A program made the position numbers and the translations under genes. Shown one piece after another: positions 10,554 to 19,481 of a stretch of DNA of 64,000 nucleotides. The stretch is from an uncultured Pseudomonadota bacterium (GTDB taxonomy: Bacteria; Pseudomonadota; Alphaproteobacteria; Rs-D84). How positions within the stretch are numbered: the first letter of the stretch is position 1; each line of letters starts with the position of its first letter. Under the pieces are notes generated by a model. The model made no database searches, was not told where the DNA came from, and was given only the letters and a program-made list of their open reading frames with translations. Location: positions 20,535 to 84,534 of the forward strand of contig CASFOK010000001.1 in NCBI GenBank assembly GCA_949296475.1, written 5' to 3'.

Positions 10554-10904
10554 CTATTGTTCAATCCAACCGCGTTGTTTTGCGGCGTTTTCTAGCACCT
10601 GCATTGCGCGTCGCCATAAATCTGCGTCGTGATTTTCGGCCCATATGTATTGATGAGGCGCGCGTCTGCGGTCACCAAATTTTTTCATTACGTCCAATTG
10701 TTCTTCGGTTATTCGGCCGGAAAGGTATAGTTTTGTAATCAAAGATTCTACGTCTAATAATTCGCACGGACGTTTGGTGCAATTTGTTCTTGTTCGCAAG
10801 AAACCGTTTTGTACAGATTTAGAATACAAGAACCAAAACCACAATTGTTCTGCGTTTTGAAATTTTTCTGCGGTATATAAAGTTTGTATGTTTTGCGATG
10901 TCAT
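10554..10904 (-). CDS. hypothetical small protein (116 aa). It is the promoter-proximal neighbour of the T4SS core operon but lies in a separate transcription unit.
   Basis: Not AT-biased junk: Trp-rich (WFWFLY), balanced composition. No family recognised by eye. Confidence 0.45.
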   Translation of the reverse strand: MTSQNIQTLYTAEKFQNAEQLWFWFLYSKSVQNGFLRTRTNCTKRPCELLDVESLITKLYLSGRITEEQLDVMKKFGDRRRAPHQYIWAENHDADLWRRAMQVLENAAKQRGWIEQ

Positions 10905-11073
10905 TTTAACTACCTCCTTTTAGTATGACGTTACATGACTGGATATATAAAACACGAATAGAAATCTGTAAAAGATTACAACCAATGGTTGAACTGCGAA
11001 TCGGATTTCTGATTCGTTAAGGTATTTTGGTCAATGCTTTCCGAATCGTGTTTTTATACATTTTTTGTTTATA

Positions 11074-11101
11074 AATAAAAAAAGTGCGCAAAAATGCGCA
11101 C
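11074..11101 (-). terminator. rho-independent terminator on the minus strand, 3' of virB10
   Basis: gtgcgc-atttttg-cgcac hairpin followed by T7 on the minus strand. Confidence 0.55.
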
Positions 11102-11201
11102 AGAAAAATCATATTTAACTTTGTTTATATTGTTATAGTTACACCTCCTATGATTTTCAATATTGGTTAAAAACAAACCCGCCAAATTGGCGGGAACTTG
11201 T

Positions 11202-13652
11202 TTACTTTATGGGTGGGAAGCAATCGCCACCTGTTTCTGGACAGCAATTGAAGCCCTGGTCGCCCATATCTGTATAAATTTCACCTATGCAGCAACCGTA
11301 TTCATCTGGGATTGTGCCGTCGGGGCACGTTAATACGTTCGTAGTTGTTTCCACGGGCAAGGTTTCCGTACTGGTATTATCTTGGAACGGGTTTTGAATA
11401 ACCCCATCTTCATAAGTTAAACCAAGTATATCTTCATTATATGCCTGACTACCACTTATTCCTGTTAAACCTGTTCCTGTACCAAACTCGGAACCTGTAC
11501 CATAATTTGCTTGGAATTGTTGTTGTTGATTTTGATACAGTGCATCTTGTTTTGCGTTGTTTATCGCTTGGTAATTTAGCGACTGACAATATGCCAAAAC
11601 AGTTCTGTAATCATAACCAGATTTATAAATTTCTTCTATTTTGTCTTTATTAATCTCAAAAAGACCGTTAGAATCTTGTTTGCAATATTCTTCTCTCAGA
11701 TTAAACGAACGTACCTGACCAACCCACGAAGAATCTTCATAATCTACATCTACAGAAGAGGGTTTCTTATTCCATTCATCATTACGTAGATTGCGATTAT
11801 CCAGCCTGGTGTTTTCTTTAACGTTTTTAACAGAACATTCTTTTGTGTTATCGTTGCCACATGTAATTACCAAATCTTCTGGTGAAAATACGGTTATACG
11901 TGTACCAGCTGCAATTGAAAATGGTGGTATTGTATTGTCCATTGCATCAACCAGTAATTTCTGTGCAACCTGATTCCATGCAGTTATTATTTCATTCTTT
12001 GCAAGCTCAGAAGAACGTACTGTACCTGATTGAACAACTGTATTGTTATCCAAATCAATTTGGTTAACAAACGTATCTGCGATTGGTGCAATCATATTTA
12101 CCGCAGCCGGAACAATCGCAGTCAGCATTGGCATAACAATTTGTTCAACATAGTCTGTACTGCCATGCCCCGGAACCCCCGCGCGCCCCTGTGAGTCGCC
12201 AGAAAATGGGTTGTTATCATGAAAATTGAATTCAACACCATTTGGTAATATAAATTGATACCATTCTATTTGCATACGACCAATTGATTTATATGGTCCA
12301 GGTAATTCACCGGTTACATATCCCAACAGCAACGTACCAGTTGGTATAATAACAGTACGACCATCATCAGAATATACGTTTCTATCAACTGTTGCGCGTA
12401 CTGGTAATGTTTGCTTTTTACATGTTCCTGTTGAATCGCAACCATATAAAGAAGGGTCTGCGCGAACTTCGGATACGATTGTTGCAGGAATTGGTTTATA
12501 TTGTCTTAATACAAACTTTCTATCAAATGGGTCGGATGAAAAAACCGCGCTTTTACTACTGCTGCCTATCTGAATTTCAGTTTCAGGATTGTTTAATGTT
12601 ATTCTAAAAATATTGCCTGTTTCTGTTGTTGCATCGGCGCTTTGTGGTAACGCGGCCAATTCGTCGGCTGTTAATTGCCGCGCAAGATTTTTTTCTTTTT
12701 TAGGTGCAGGATTTGATAATTGCGGAATTTCACGATTTATAACGTTGGTATAACCGATGTGTTCCGCATCTGTTCCTATTTTCGTAATATTATCGTTGAT
12801 GTCTGTTATTATACCTGTATCAGGATTGTATACGCCTGTCGGGCTGTCACAATTTTTATCTGAAAAAGGATGGTAATAATACGCGCCTGCTTCTGGACGA
12901 ATCCAACCGCTTTGCACACCTGATAAGTTGTATCCAGGAAACGCAAAGTCAGAACAAGACTCTGCCGGTTTTGCAGGTTGCGTTTCAGGTGCGGTTTTGG
13001 GCGACACATCTATAAAGGGATCCGATGGTGCAATTTCTTTGATTTCTTGTTTTATTTCCTGCTTTACCGTTTTAACAGGCTCGGGTTCCGGTTGGGGTTC
13101 GGGTTCTGGTTGTGGCGCTGGTTCTGGTTGCGGTTCTGGTTCTGGCGCCTTTTGTGGTGTATCGGCACTGACGATGACGTTCGTCTTTGTTGACTTTGTC
13201 ATCGCATCGGGTTCTTGGGTACCGTGCCACTTTACAACCAGTTCAACAATTTTCGTAGATACATCACTTGTCGGTTGATAGTCCAAGGTAATTGTACACT
13301 TATTTTTAGCATCTATCTGATTTTTAGCAACGCATGTTTGATTCATGCTTAAACCAGGAACCTGTTCAAGAAAGTTTACTTCAACGATTTTTGTTGGGGC
13401 GTTGGTTGATAAATTAACTTGTCTGGTGGTCTTGGTCCCAACCATTGTGTTTGACATGTCTATAATTTCTGGGTCAAACTTTAGTTGTATCGCCACCGAT
13501 TCAGTCGTTTCAATTTTTTCTTTTTCTTTACTTGTTAACAGCAACGTTAACAGAATCATTACAACGACAAACGCAGCCGCCAATAACAACCACTGAACAT
13601 GCTTTGGCGTATTTTTACGTAAATCAGAAATTTGTTGTTTTATAGTACTCAT
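11202..13652 (-). CDS. virB10: Type IV secretion VirB10/TrbI-family protein. At 816 aa it is atypically long. It has an N-terminal TM, a PEPEPQ repeat, a canonical TrbI C-domain, and an extra Cys-rich tail of about 225 aa.
   Basis: From memory, VRATVDRNVYSDDGRTVIIPTGTLLLGYV, SQGRAGVPGHG and PFSIAAGTRITVFSPEDLVI match VirB10 C-terminal domain signatures. Confidence 0.8.
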   Translation of the reverse strand: MSTIKQQISDLRKNTPKHVQWLLLAAAFVVVMILLTLLLTSKEKEKIETTESVAIQLKFDPEIIDMSNTMVGTKTTRQVNLSTNAPTKIVEVNFLEQVPGLSMNQTCVAKNQIDAKNKCTITLDYQPTSDVSTKIVELVVKWHGTQEPDAMTKSTKTNVIVSADTPQKAPEPEPQPEPAPQPEPEPQPEPEPVKTVKQEIKQEIKEIAPSDPFIDVSPKTAPETQPAKPAESCSDFAFPGYNLSGVQSGWIRPEAGAYYYHPFSDKNCDSPTGVYNPDTGIITDINDNITKIGTDAEHIGYTNVINREIPQLSNPAPKKEKNLARQLTADELAALPQSADATTETGNIFRITLNNPETEIQIGSSSKSAVFSSDPFDRKFVLRQYKPIPATIVSEVRADPSLYGCDSTGTCKKQTLPVRATVDRNVYSDDGRTVIIPTGTLLLGYVTGELPGPYKSIGRMQIEWYQFILPNGVEFNFHDNNPFSGDSQGRAGVPGHGSTDYVEQIVMPMLTAIVPAAVNMIAPIADTFVNQIDLDNNTVVQSGTVRSSELAKNEIITAWNQVAQKLLVDAMDNTIPPFSIAAGTRITVFSPEDLVITCGNDNTKECSVKNVKENTRLDNRNLRNDEWNKKPSSVDVDYEDSSWVGQVRSFNLREEYCKQDSNGLFEINKDKIEEIYKSGYDYRTVLAYCQSLNYQAINNAKQDALYQNQQQQFQANYGTGSEFGTGTGLTGISGSQAYNEDILGLTYEDGVIQNPFQDNTSTETLPVETTTNVLTCPDGTIPDEYGCCIGEIYTDMGDQGFNCCPETGGDCFPPIK
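13081..13150. repeat. tandem hexanucleotide repeat (ggttct/ggttgc) encoding (PEPEPQ)n in VirB10
   Basis: Direct reading of the sequence. It translates on the minus strand to PEPEPQPEPAPQPEPEPQPEPEP. Confidence 0.8.
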
Positions 13653-13673
13653 ATTATATCCGCAATCAATATG

Positions 13674-15221
13674 TTACTGTATTCTGACGACGCTGCAACT
13701 TACCCCTTGGGACGCGGTTAACTTGTCACACAGCGTTTGTGCAGTGTCAATATCTGACATCGGCCCTATGCGTAAACGATACAAACGCGCCGTAGAAGAT
13801 TCAGAACCTAAATCGCCAACACCTTGGGCATCAACCGCAAAGAATACCATGTCTTTATAAGGTGTCAGCAAGCCTTGACCGCTGTCACCGCTGAACTTTG
13901 CCAGCAAAGTCGTCCAATAATCTTCCAGTGCTTTTACAGACGTGTCAGACTTCAGTTCTACGGCAACGCCAGATTGGTTCGTGGTAATCAGCGGTATGTT
14001 TGACTGTGGTAAGAAAGAACCCGCAGTTAACCTTTCAGTTGGTATCATTGAAACGCCACTGCTGCCGCTGCTGGTACCATAATTTGCAGCCGGAACGCCG
14101 TAACCCGCCGGCATGTAATATCCAGTTGTTGTGCCACCGGTCATATTATTGCCAACAAACATTGGCGTAGTGGTATAATTACCCACACCATAGTTCATCG
14201 CTGATACATCTGCGTTATACGCAATATTGTTTAAAGATTGTCCGGACATCATGCTTTGGGCAACATTCGCCTCGGCCAATGCCATGACAGATGCTGTGTC
14301 CGCAATCAAGAACGGTTTTTCACGTTTCTTTATGCAGACGATACGTTGACCGCTGCGCAATACCATATCGCCGACCGCTTCTACTATTAACAGACGACCG
14401 TCTTCACCATCCGTGCGGAAACCAACAGGTGATTCACCGCCTTCTACCAGTAAAGAAACAACCGGTCTTTGCGTCATAGATATAACTTTGTCGCCAAAGT
14501 CTATGTACGTAAATATTCTATCGCGCCAGACGCGTTCAGGCGCAATTACATAATCATCTGGGTTGGGTACGAATATATCTAAGTCAAACCTGAACTCTGA
14601 CGGGTCAATTTTCATGGATTTTATCCACCCATAGTCTTCGCCGTCAACACCGACGGTATTGCTGTCCACCGAAGATACCGTTTTAAATATGGACGATGAA
14701 CCGCCCACAGCCACGCCTGTTGAACCGCTGGCATTTGGTAATACCGCGTTATTGTCCAATACGACTTCTACTTGAGAATACGTAACCTCGCTGGCGTTTG
14801 AAGGTTCGCTGCGCAGATAGAATATGTACTGATTGCCGGATTTTCCAGTTACAATAAAGTTCGTGTCAGAACCTTGGTTACTTTTTTCCGGGGTGATTAG
14901 TATGGTGTTACCGCCCTTGGTTGCGTCAAAGGAAAATAAGTTCTTGTTGCCAACCACTGCATCTTCTATTTGTTCGCCGTTTGGCAACGTTATCATCGTT
15001 ACCATGCCGTTACGCAGTTTAACGGGTAAAACCGTACCCTTGGACCATGTCAATTGCGCATATCCGGGCTTCATACTGCCGGCGGTCATGTTTGCAGATG
15101 GGTTATTCCAAGCGTCTTGCACGCCATAATTAGTCGCAATTGCGTTGCCTGATATACAAACAGAGCAAACCAAAAAGAAACAAAATATAGATATATTTAA
15201 CTTTGCACCTGTTGAAAACAT
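13674..15221 (-). CDS. virB9: Type IV secretion VirB9/TrbG-family protein (515 aa). It has a signal peptide, VirB9 N- and C-domains, and a 210-aa extension ending in a SPOR-like module.
   Basis: GNTILITPEKS...DTNFIVTGKSGNQYIFYL corresponds to the tNLxVxTdkRtYxFxL signature. IFTYIDFGDK...LLIVEAVGDMVLRSGQRIVCI corresponds to the VirB9 C-domain. The C-terminus LYRLRIGPMSDIDTAQTLCDKL...CSVV is SPOR-like. Confidence 0.75.
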   Translation of the reverse strand: MFSTGAKLNISIFCFFLVCSVCISGNAIATNYGVQDAWNNPSANMTAGSMKPGYAQLTWSKGTVLPVKLRNGMVTMITLPNGEQIEDAVVGNKNLFSFDATKGGNTILITPEKSNQGSDTNFIVTGKSGNQYIFYLRSEPSNASEVTYSQVEVVLDNNAVLPNASGSTGVAVGGSSSIFKTVSSVDSNTVGVDGEDYGWIKSMKIDPSEFRFDLDIFVPNPDDYVIAPERVWRDRIFTYIDFGDKVISMTQRPVVSLLVEGGESPVGFRTDGEDGRLLIVEAVGDMVLRSGQRIVCIKKREKPFLIADTASVMALAEANVAQSMMSGQSLNNIAYNADVSAMNYGVGNYTTTPMFVGNNMTGGTTTGYYMPAGYGVPAANYGTSSGSSGVSMIPTERLTAGSFLPQSNIPLITTNQSGVAVELKSDTSVKALEDYWTTLLAKFSGDSGQGLLTPYKDMVFFAVDAQGVGDLGSESSTARLYRLRIGPMSDIDTAQTLCDKLTASQGVSCSVVRIQ

Positions 15222-15239
15222 TTTTCTTTCCTTCCGTTT

Positions 15240-15923
15240 TTATATACTCGTTTCTACTGAATAACCGGTATCCAGTGGGTCACCGTTTCCAGAATCTATT
15301 TCGTATTCCGAAACGCGAAGCCCCAGCGGGTTATTCAAACGATCTGACCAGTCTATTCGTGCGTTATCGCTTTTATCCACTTTTATTTTTATTCTATACT
15401 CTTTTTTATCCGACTGTCTATCATTATCTGCACAGAAATAATAAAATTTTACAATATATGTGTCTTCTGCGTGCGGGGTTAGTGCATTATTATCAAATTC
15501 CACGCTGCAAGAAAACTCAAAATCCGGCAAGTCAGACATCCAAGCGTTCCACATATTGGTTTGCGTAAATTCGTTATAAACTTCCTGGGTTGACCATGCG
15601 TGAACAATACTGTCTGGTCCATCGTTATTCCATTTTGTGCGCATTAGCCCCGCATTAGGTACGATTTCGTTTCTTGCCTTGACGTATTCCAAGATGAACG
15701 CTTTTTCATAGTTTATGAAATTTTCATCCGAAGGCGCCATTTCTCGCAATACGATTTGCAGATCGCTTTTTGGACGAGACATCAAGAAAAATACTTGTGG
15801 GCGATTTACGGGAAACATATTATATAACGTAAACAGCAACGCAACCAACACAACCAGCATTCCTGCGAACACGAATGTCATCAATCTGGATAGCAAAATT
15901 GGCGGTTCTATGCGGTCTTGCAA
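15240..15923 (-). CDS. virB8: Type IV secretion VirB8/TrbF-family protein (227 aa, bitopic)
   Basis: Short cytoplasmic N-terminus, a single TM, a periplasmic domain, and a C-proximal NPLG motif (RLNNPLGLRVSEY). Confidence 0.7.
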   Translation of the reverse strand: MQDRIEPPILLSRLMTFVFAGMLVVLVALLFTLYNMFPVNRPQVFFLMSRPKSDLQIVLREMAPSDENFINYEKAFILEYVKARNEIVPNAGLMRTKWNNDGPDSIVHAWSTQEVYNEFTQTNMWNAWMSDLPDFEFSCSVEFDNNALTPHAEDTYIVKFYYFCADNDRQSDKKEYRIKIKVDKSDNARIDWSDRLNNPLGLRVSEYEIDSGNGDPLDTGYSVETSI

Positions 15924-16154
15924 GCGTTCCTCTCCCTGTTATTATAAAGATTGTAGAAAAAAATCGGACACCTATGCAAGTAAAAAGTGCAGCGAAATCA
16001 TATTTTAATTAATTTTTATGAATAATTTTTACTTGCTTGTCATTAATTAAAATCTTATAATACTTTCCACTTGATTTTTTGTATAGTTGTGCTATTGTAT
16101 CGCAGATCATTGGGGTCAGCGGCATAACAGACGGACAAGTACAGTAATTGAATT

Positions 16155-16228
16155 AGGGGCATAGTTCAACGGTAGAATATCGGTCTCCAAAACCGCGGAT
16201 GAGGGTTCGATTCCTTCTGCCCCTGCCA
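16155..16228 (+). tRNA. trnW: tRNA-Trp (anticodon CCA)
   Basis: Cloverleaf folds by hand. Acceptor AGGGGCA/TGCCCCT, anticodon loop CTCCAAA, T-loop TTCGATT, encoded CCA. Canonical position upstream of secE-nusG. Confidence 0.9.
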
Positions 16229-16271
16229 GATTTCTGGGCGTTTGCGTGGTCAAAGTATATAGGCGAGTTTT

Positions 16272-16451
16272 ATGAAAAAAATACTAGAATATATAAAATC
16301 TGTGCGCAGTGAATGGTTTAAAATCGTTTGGCCTTCGCGTGATAGTGTTATTCGTGCAACGATAATGATTCTGGTCTTTTCTGGGGTGGCGGCGTTGTTC
16401 TTTTTTGTAGTAGATAGTTTCTTGAACATGGTCGTTGGTTGGATTTTCTAA
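16272..16451 (+). CDS. secE: preprotein translocase subunit SecE (59 aa). Absent from the ORF track because it is under 60 aa.
   Basis: MKKILEYIKSVRSEWFKIVWPSRDSVIRATIMILVF... matches the single-TM SecE pattern. Lies immediately upstream of nusG. Confidence 0.8.
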   Translation: MKKILEYIKSVRSEWFKIVWPSRDSVIRATIMILVFSGVAALFFFVVDSFLNMVVGWIF

Positions 16452-16470
16452 ACTGGCAAAGGAAGTTAGT

Positions 16471-17004
16471 ATGGAAGAAAAAATGCAATGGTTTGTTGTT
16501 AACGTTCACACTGGTTGCGAAGACAAGGTTGCGCGTGGGTTACGTGAACAAATTGATAAACGTCGTTTAAACGCTTATTTCGGTGAAATTTTGGTGCCTA
16601 CGCGTGAGGTTACGGAAATCAAGGCCGGCAAACGTGTAAAATCTGAAAAAAAGTTTTTCCCGGGCTATATTGTTGTTCAGATGGTTATGAATAACGAAAC
16701 ATTCTCGTTGGTAAAATTAATGCCCCAGGTTGTAATGTTCTTGGGCGCGAAAAACAAGCCTATTGCGGTTAGCGAGGAAGAAGCGCGTCGCTTGTTAAAG
16801 CAGGTTGAAGAAGGTTCTGTCGTCACAGAAGATGTTGAATACGAAGTCGGGCAAGAGGTTCATGTAATTGACGGTCCTTTTGCGGGCTTTAACGGTGTTG
16901 TATCAGAAGTAGATAATTTGAAACAAAAAATGACCGTGACGATTTTGGTATTTGGCCGTGAAACGAGCGTAGAACTGGACTTTACGCAGGTAGAAAGGGT
17001 TTAA
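16471..17004 (+). CDS. nusG: transcription termination/antitermination factor NusG
   Basis: MEEKMQWFVVNVHTGCE... NGN domain plus a KOW domain. ATG at 16471 is preferred over the extended ORF. Confidence 0.9.
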   Translation: MEEKMQWFVVNVHTGCEDKVARGLREQIDKRRLNAYFGEILVPTREVTEIKAGKRVKSEKKFFPGYIVVQMVMNNETFSLVKLMPQVVMFLGAKNKPIAVSEEEARRLLKQVEEGSVVTEDVEYEVGQEVHVIDGPFAGFNGVVSEVDNLKQKMTVTILVFGRETSVELDFTQVERV

Positions 17005-17090
17005 TCGGGTAACCGACGTGCGTGTGAAAGGCGCGCTTGTGGTAGATAGCCATATCGGACCACAAACACAACGAAAAATGGAGTGAACAA

Positions 17091-17522
17091 ATGGCAAAAA
17101 AAGAAGTAAAAGGGATTGTTAAATTAGTGGTCCCTGCAAAACAGGCAAATCCTGCGCCTCCTATTGGACCAGCGTTGGGTGCGGCCGGCGTAAACATTGC
17201 GGAATTCTGCAAACAGTTTAACGACAAAACATCTGATAAAGAACCAGGAATGCCAATTCCTTGTATAATCACTGTTTATACAGATCGCAGCTTTGAATTT
17301 ATTATGAAGTTGCCACCTGTGTCGTACTACATTAAAAAGGCATTAAAGTTGAAAATCGGTTCTCATAAACCGGGTCGTGACTTTGTTGGTACAATTACAA
17401 AGGCTCAGATTAAAGAAATTGCAGAAAACAAAATGCCAGACTTAAATTGCTCTACCATTGAATCTGCTATGAATATCGTTGCGGGTCAATGCCGTTCTAT
17501 GGGCGTAAAGGTGGAGGAATAA
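17091..17522 (+). CDS. rplK: 50S ribosomal protein L11
   Basis: [14 protein letters not shown] motif. Confidence 0.95.
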   Translation: MAKKEVKGIVKLVVPAKQANPAPPIGPALGAAGVNIAEFCKQFNDKTSDKEPGMPIPCIITVYTDRSFEFIMKLPPVSYYIKKALKLKIGSHKPGRDFVGTITKAQIKEIAENKMPDLNCSTIESAMNIVAGQCRSMGVKVEE

Positions 17523-17525
17523 GAC

Positions 17526-18200
17526 ATGAAACTGACAAAAAGACAAAAGACTTGGGCAAATCTGGATACAGATAAAGTTTATTCTTTGGCAGATGCTATT
17601 GAAGCGTTGCGTCCATACTGCTCTAAGAAGTTTGATGAAAGTCTGGAAATTGCAATTCGCTTAGGCGTTGATGTAACCAAAGCAGACCAGAATATTCGTG
17701 GAATGGTATCATTGCCAAACGGTACCGGTAAAAAGGTTCGCGTTGCAGTATTTACTGTTAACAGCGCTGACGAAGCAAAAAAGGCGGGTGCAGATGTTGT
17801 TGGTGGTGAAGACTTGATTGAAAAGGTTGCAGCCGGTGAAATTAATTTTGACCGTGTAATTGCGACGCCAGACATGATGCCAAAAATGTCAAAAGTTGCG
17901 CGTGTTTTGGGACCAAAAGGTTTGATGCCGAATCCAAAACTTGGTACTGTAACGAATAACGTTGCAGAAGCGGTTGCAACGGCAAAAGCGGGTCAGATTG
18001 AATACCGTGCTGAAAAGAAAGGTATCATTCACGCAGGTATCGGTAAAATGTCTTTTGCAACAGACAAATTGGTTGAAAACGCAAACGCGTTGATAGAACA
18101 ATTAAAGAAAGTAAAACCTGCTTCTGTAAAAGGTCAGTATATCTTGGGTGCGGCGGTTGCTACGACCCAGGGTCCTGGTCTGAAGGTGGAAGTAAAATAA
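17526..18200 (+). CDS. rplA: 50S ribosomal protein L1
   Basis: Strong L1 similarity along the whole ORF. Confidence 0.95.
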   Translation: MKLTKRQKTWANLDTDKVYSLADAIEALRPYCSKKFDESLEIAIRLGVDVTKADQNIRGMVSLPNGTGKKVRVAVFTVNSADEAKKAGADVVGGEDLIEKVAAGEINFDRVIATPDMMPKMSKVARVLGPKGLMPNPKLGTVTNNVAEAVATAKAGQIEYRAEKKGIIHAGIGKMSFATDKLVENANALIEQLKKVKPASVKGQYILGAAVATTQGPGLKVEVK

Positions 18201-18423
18201 TAACGGCGGTTGGGCGGATTTCTGCCCAACCGCAAACAAGATTTCTGTCCGAGACTGATGGTGTTTTGAAAAAGACTTAATTTCCATCATAGACAAAGAA
18301 AGAATTCTTTGGGGCAGAATGATGGGCCCCACTCGGTATAAAAATAAGTGCCGAATGGAAAGTTTAACAAAACAGGGGATTTTAGAAGTTTATTTCTGAA
18401 ATCTTGCAAGTAAGGGTAAAGAT

Positions 18424-18900
18424 ATGAGACGCGAAGAAAAATCAGATTTGATTTCAGCGTTGCAGTCGTCCTTGAAAGAAGCAAACGGTGTTTTCGTAAT
18501 TGAAAACCATGGTTTGACAGTTAAGGAAATGGAAGTCTTGCGTAATGAATTACGTCCGCTGGTTTCCGTTTTCAAGGTTGTTAAAAACCGTTTGATGAAG
18601 TTGGCGTTAAAAGACACTGACTTTGAACCTGTATCTGAACTGATGAAACGTCCAACTGCGGTTGCTGTTGCAACTGATGGTTTGGCGGTAACCAAAGTAT
18701 TGGCAAAATTTGCGGAAGAACACCCAAATTTTTCAATCATTGGCGGTAAAATGGATGCAGATGTTCTGAGTAAAGACGACATTGTGCAATTATCCAAACT
18801 GCCATCCCTGTTGGAAATTCGTGGAACAATTGCGCGTATCTTGGTTGAACCAGCGTCGCGCTTGGCACGCGTTTCTGCAGAGTATGGAAAAAAGAATTAA
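18424..18900 (+). CDS. rplJ: 50S ribosomal protein L10
   Basis: L10 family. Preceded by a 220-nt leader. Confidence 0.9.
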   Translation: MRREEKSDLISALQSSLKEANGVFVIENHGLTVKEMEVLRNELRPLVSVFKVVKNRLMKLALKDTDFEPVSELMKRPTAVAVATDGLAVTKVLAKFAEEHPNFSIIGGKMDADVLSKDDIVQLSKLPSLLEIRGTIARILVEPASRLARVSAEYGKKN

Positions 18901-18945
18901 AATATACCAGAACGTAAAAGTTCTGAATATTGATAGGAGCAAAAA

Positions 18946-19311
18946 ATGGCAGATATTCAAAAATTAGTTGAAGAATTGTCAAAATTAAGCGTTTTGGAAG
19001 CAGTTGAATTATCCAAAGCGTTAGAAGAAACTTGGGGTGTAAGCGCGGCCGCAGCAGTTGCAGTTGCAGCAGGCCCAGCCGCCGCAGCAGCCGAAGAAAA
19101 AACAGAATTTGATGTAGTATTGGCAGAAGCCGGTGCGAACAAATTGGCTGTTATCAAGGCAGTGAAAGACATCACTGGTTTGGGCTTGGGTGAAGCCAAG
19201 GCTTTGGTTGAATCCGCACCAAAAACAGTTAAAGAAGCCGTCGCAAAAGATGAAGCCGAAAAAATGAAGGCTACATTAGAAGCAGCGGGTGCAAAGGTTG
19301 AATTGAAATAA
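18946..19311 (+). CDS. rplL: 50S ribosomal protein L7/L12
   Basis: Ala-rich hinge and conserved C-terminal domain. Confidence 0.95.
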   Translation: MADIQKLVEELSKLSVLEAVELSKALEETWGVSAAAAVAVAAGPAAAAAEEKTEFDVVLAEAGANKLAVIKAVKDITGLGLGEAKALVESAPKTVKEAVAKDEAEKMKATLEAAGAKVELK

Positions 19312-19481
19312 TTCAACCGGAACCATAAGGTTTCGTGAAATTATAAGTCGCGACACATTGCGACACAGCGCCGCCCACCTTGGGGTAAAACTCCTGGGTG
19401 GGCACAAAGGCGTAATATAGATATGACGGTATTTTATATCGTTATCGTTTGCAAAACGCATAAAAAAAAGGATCAAGACCC

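Noticed and set aside
13081-13150. CRISPR-like periodic repeat
   Set aside because: The period is 6 nt, it is in-frame and coding (PEPEPQ), and there are no spacers. It is not a CRISPR array. No CRISPR repeats were seen anywhere in the window.
12928-13278. Plus-strand 116-aa Gly/Ser/Cys-rich ORF
   Set aside because: It is the antisense translation of the VirB10 (PEPEPQ)n repeat and lies inside a well-supported CDS.
16005-16058. CtrA-box interpretation of TTAA-rich repeats upstream of virB8
   Set aside because: No exact TTAA-N7-TTAA match. In an AT-rich genome such strings occur by chance. Kept only as a low-confidence finding.
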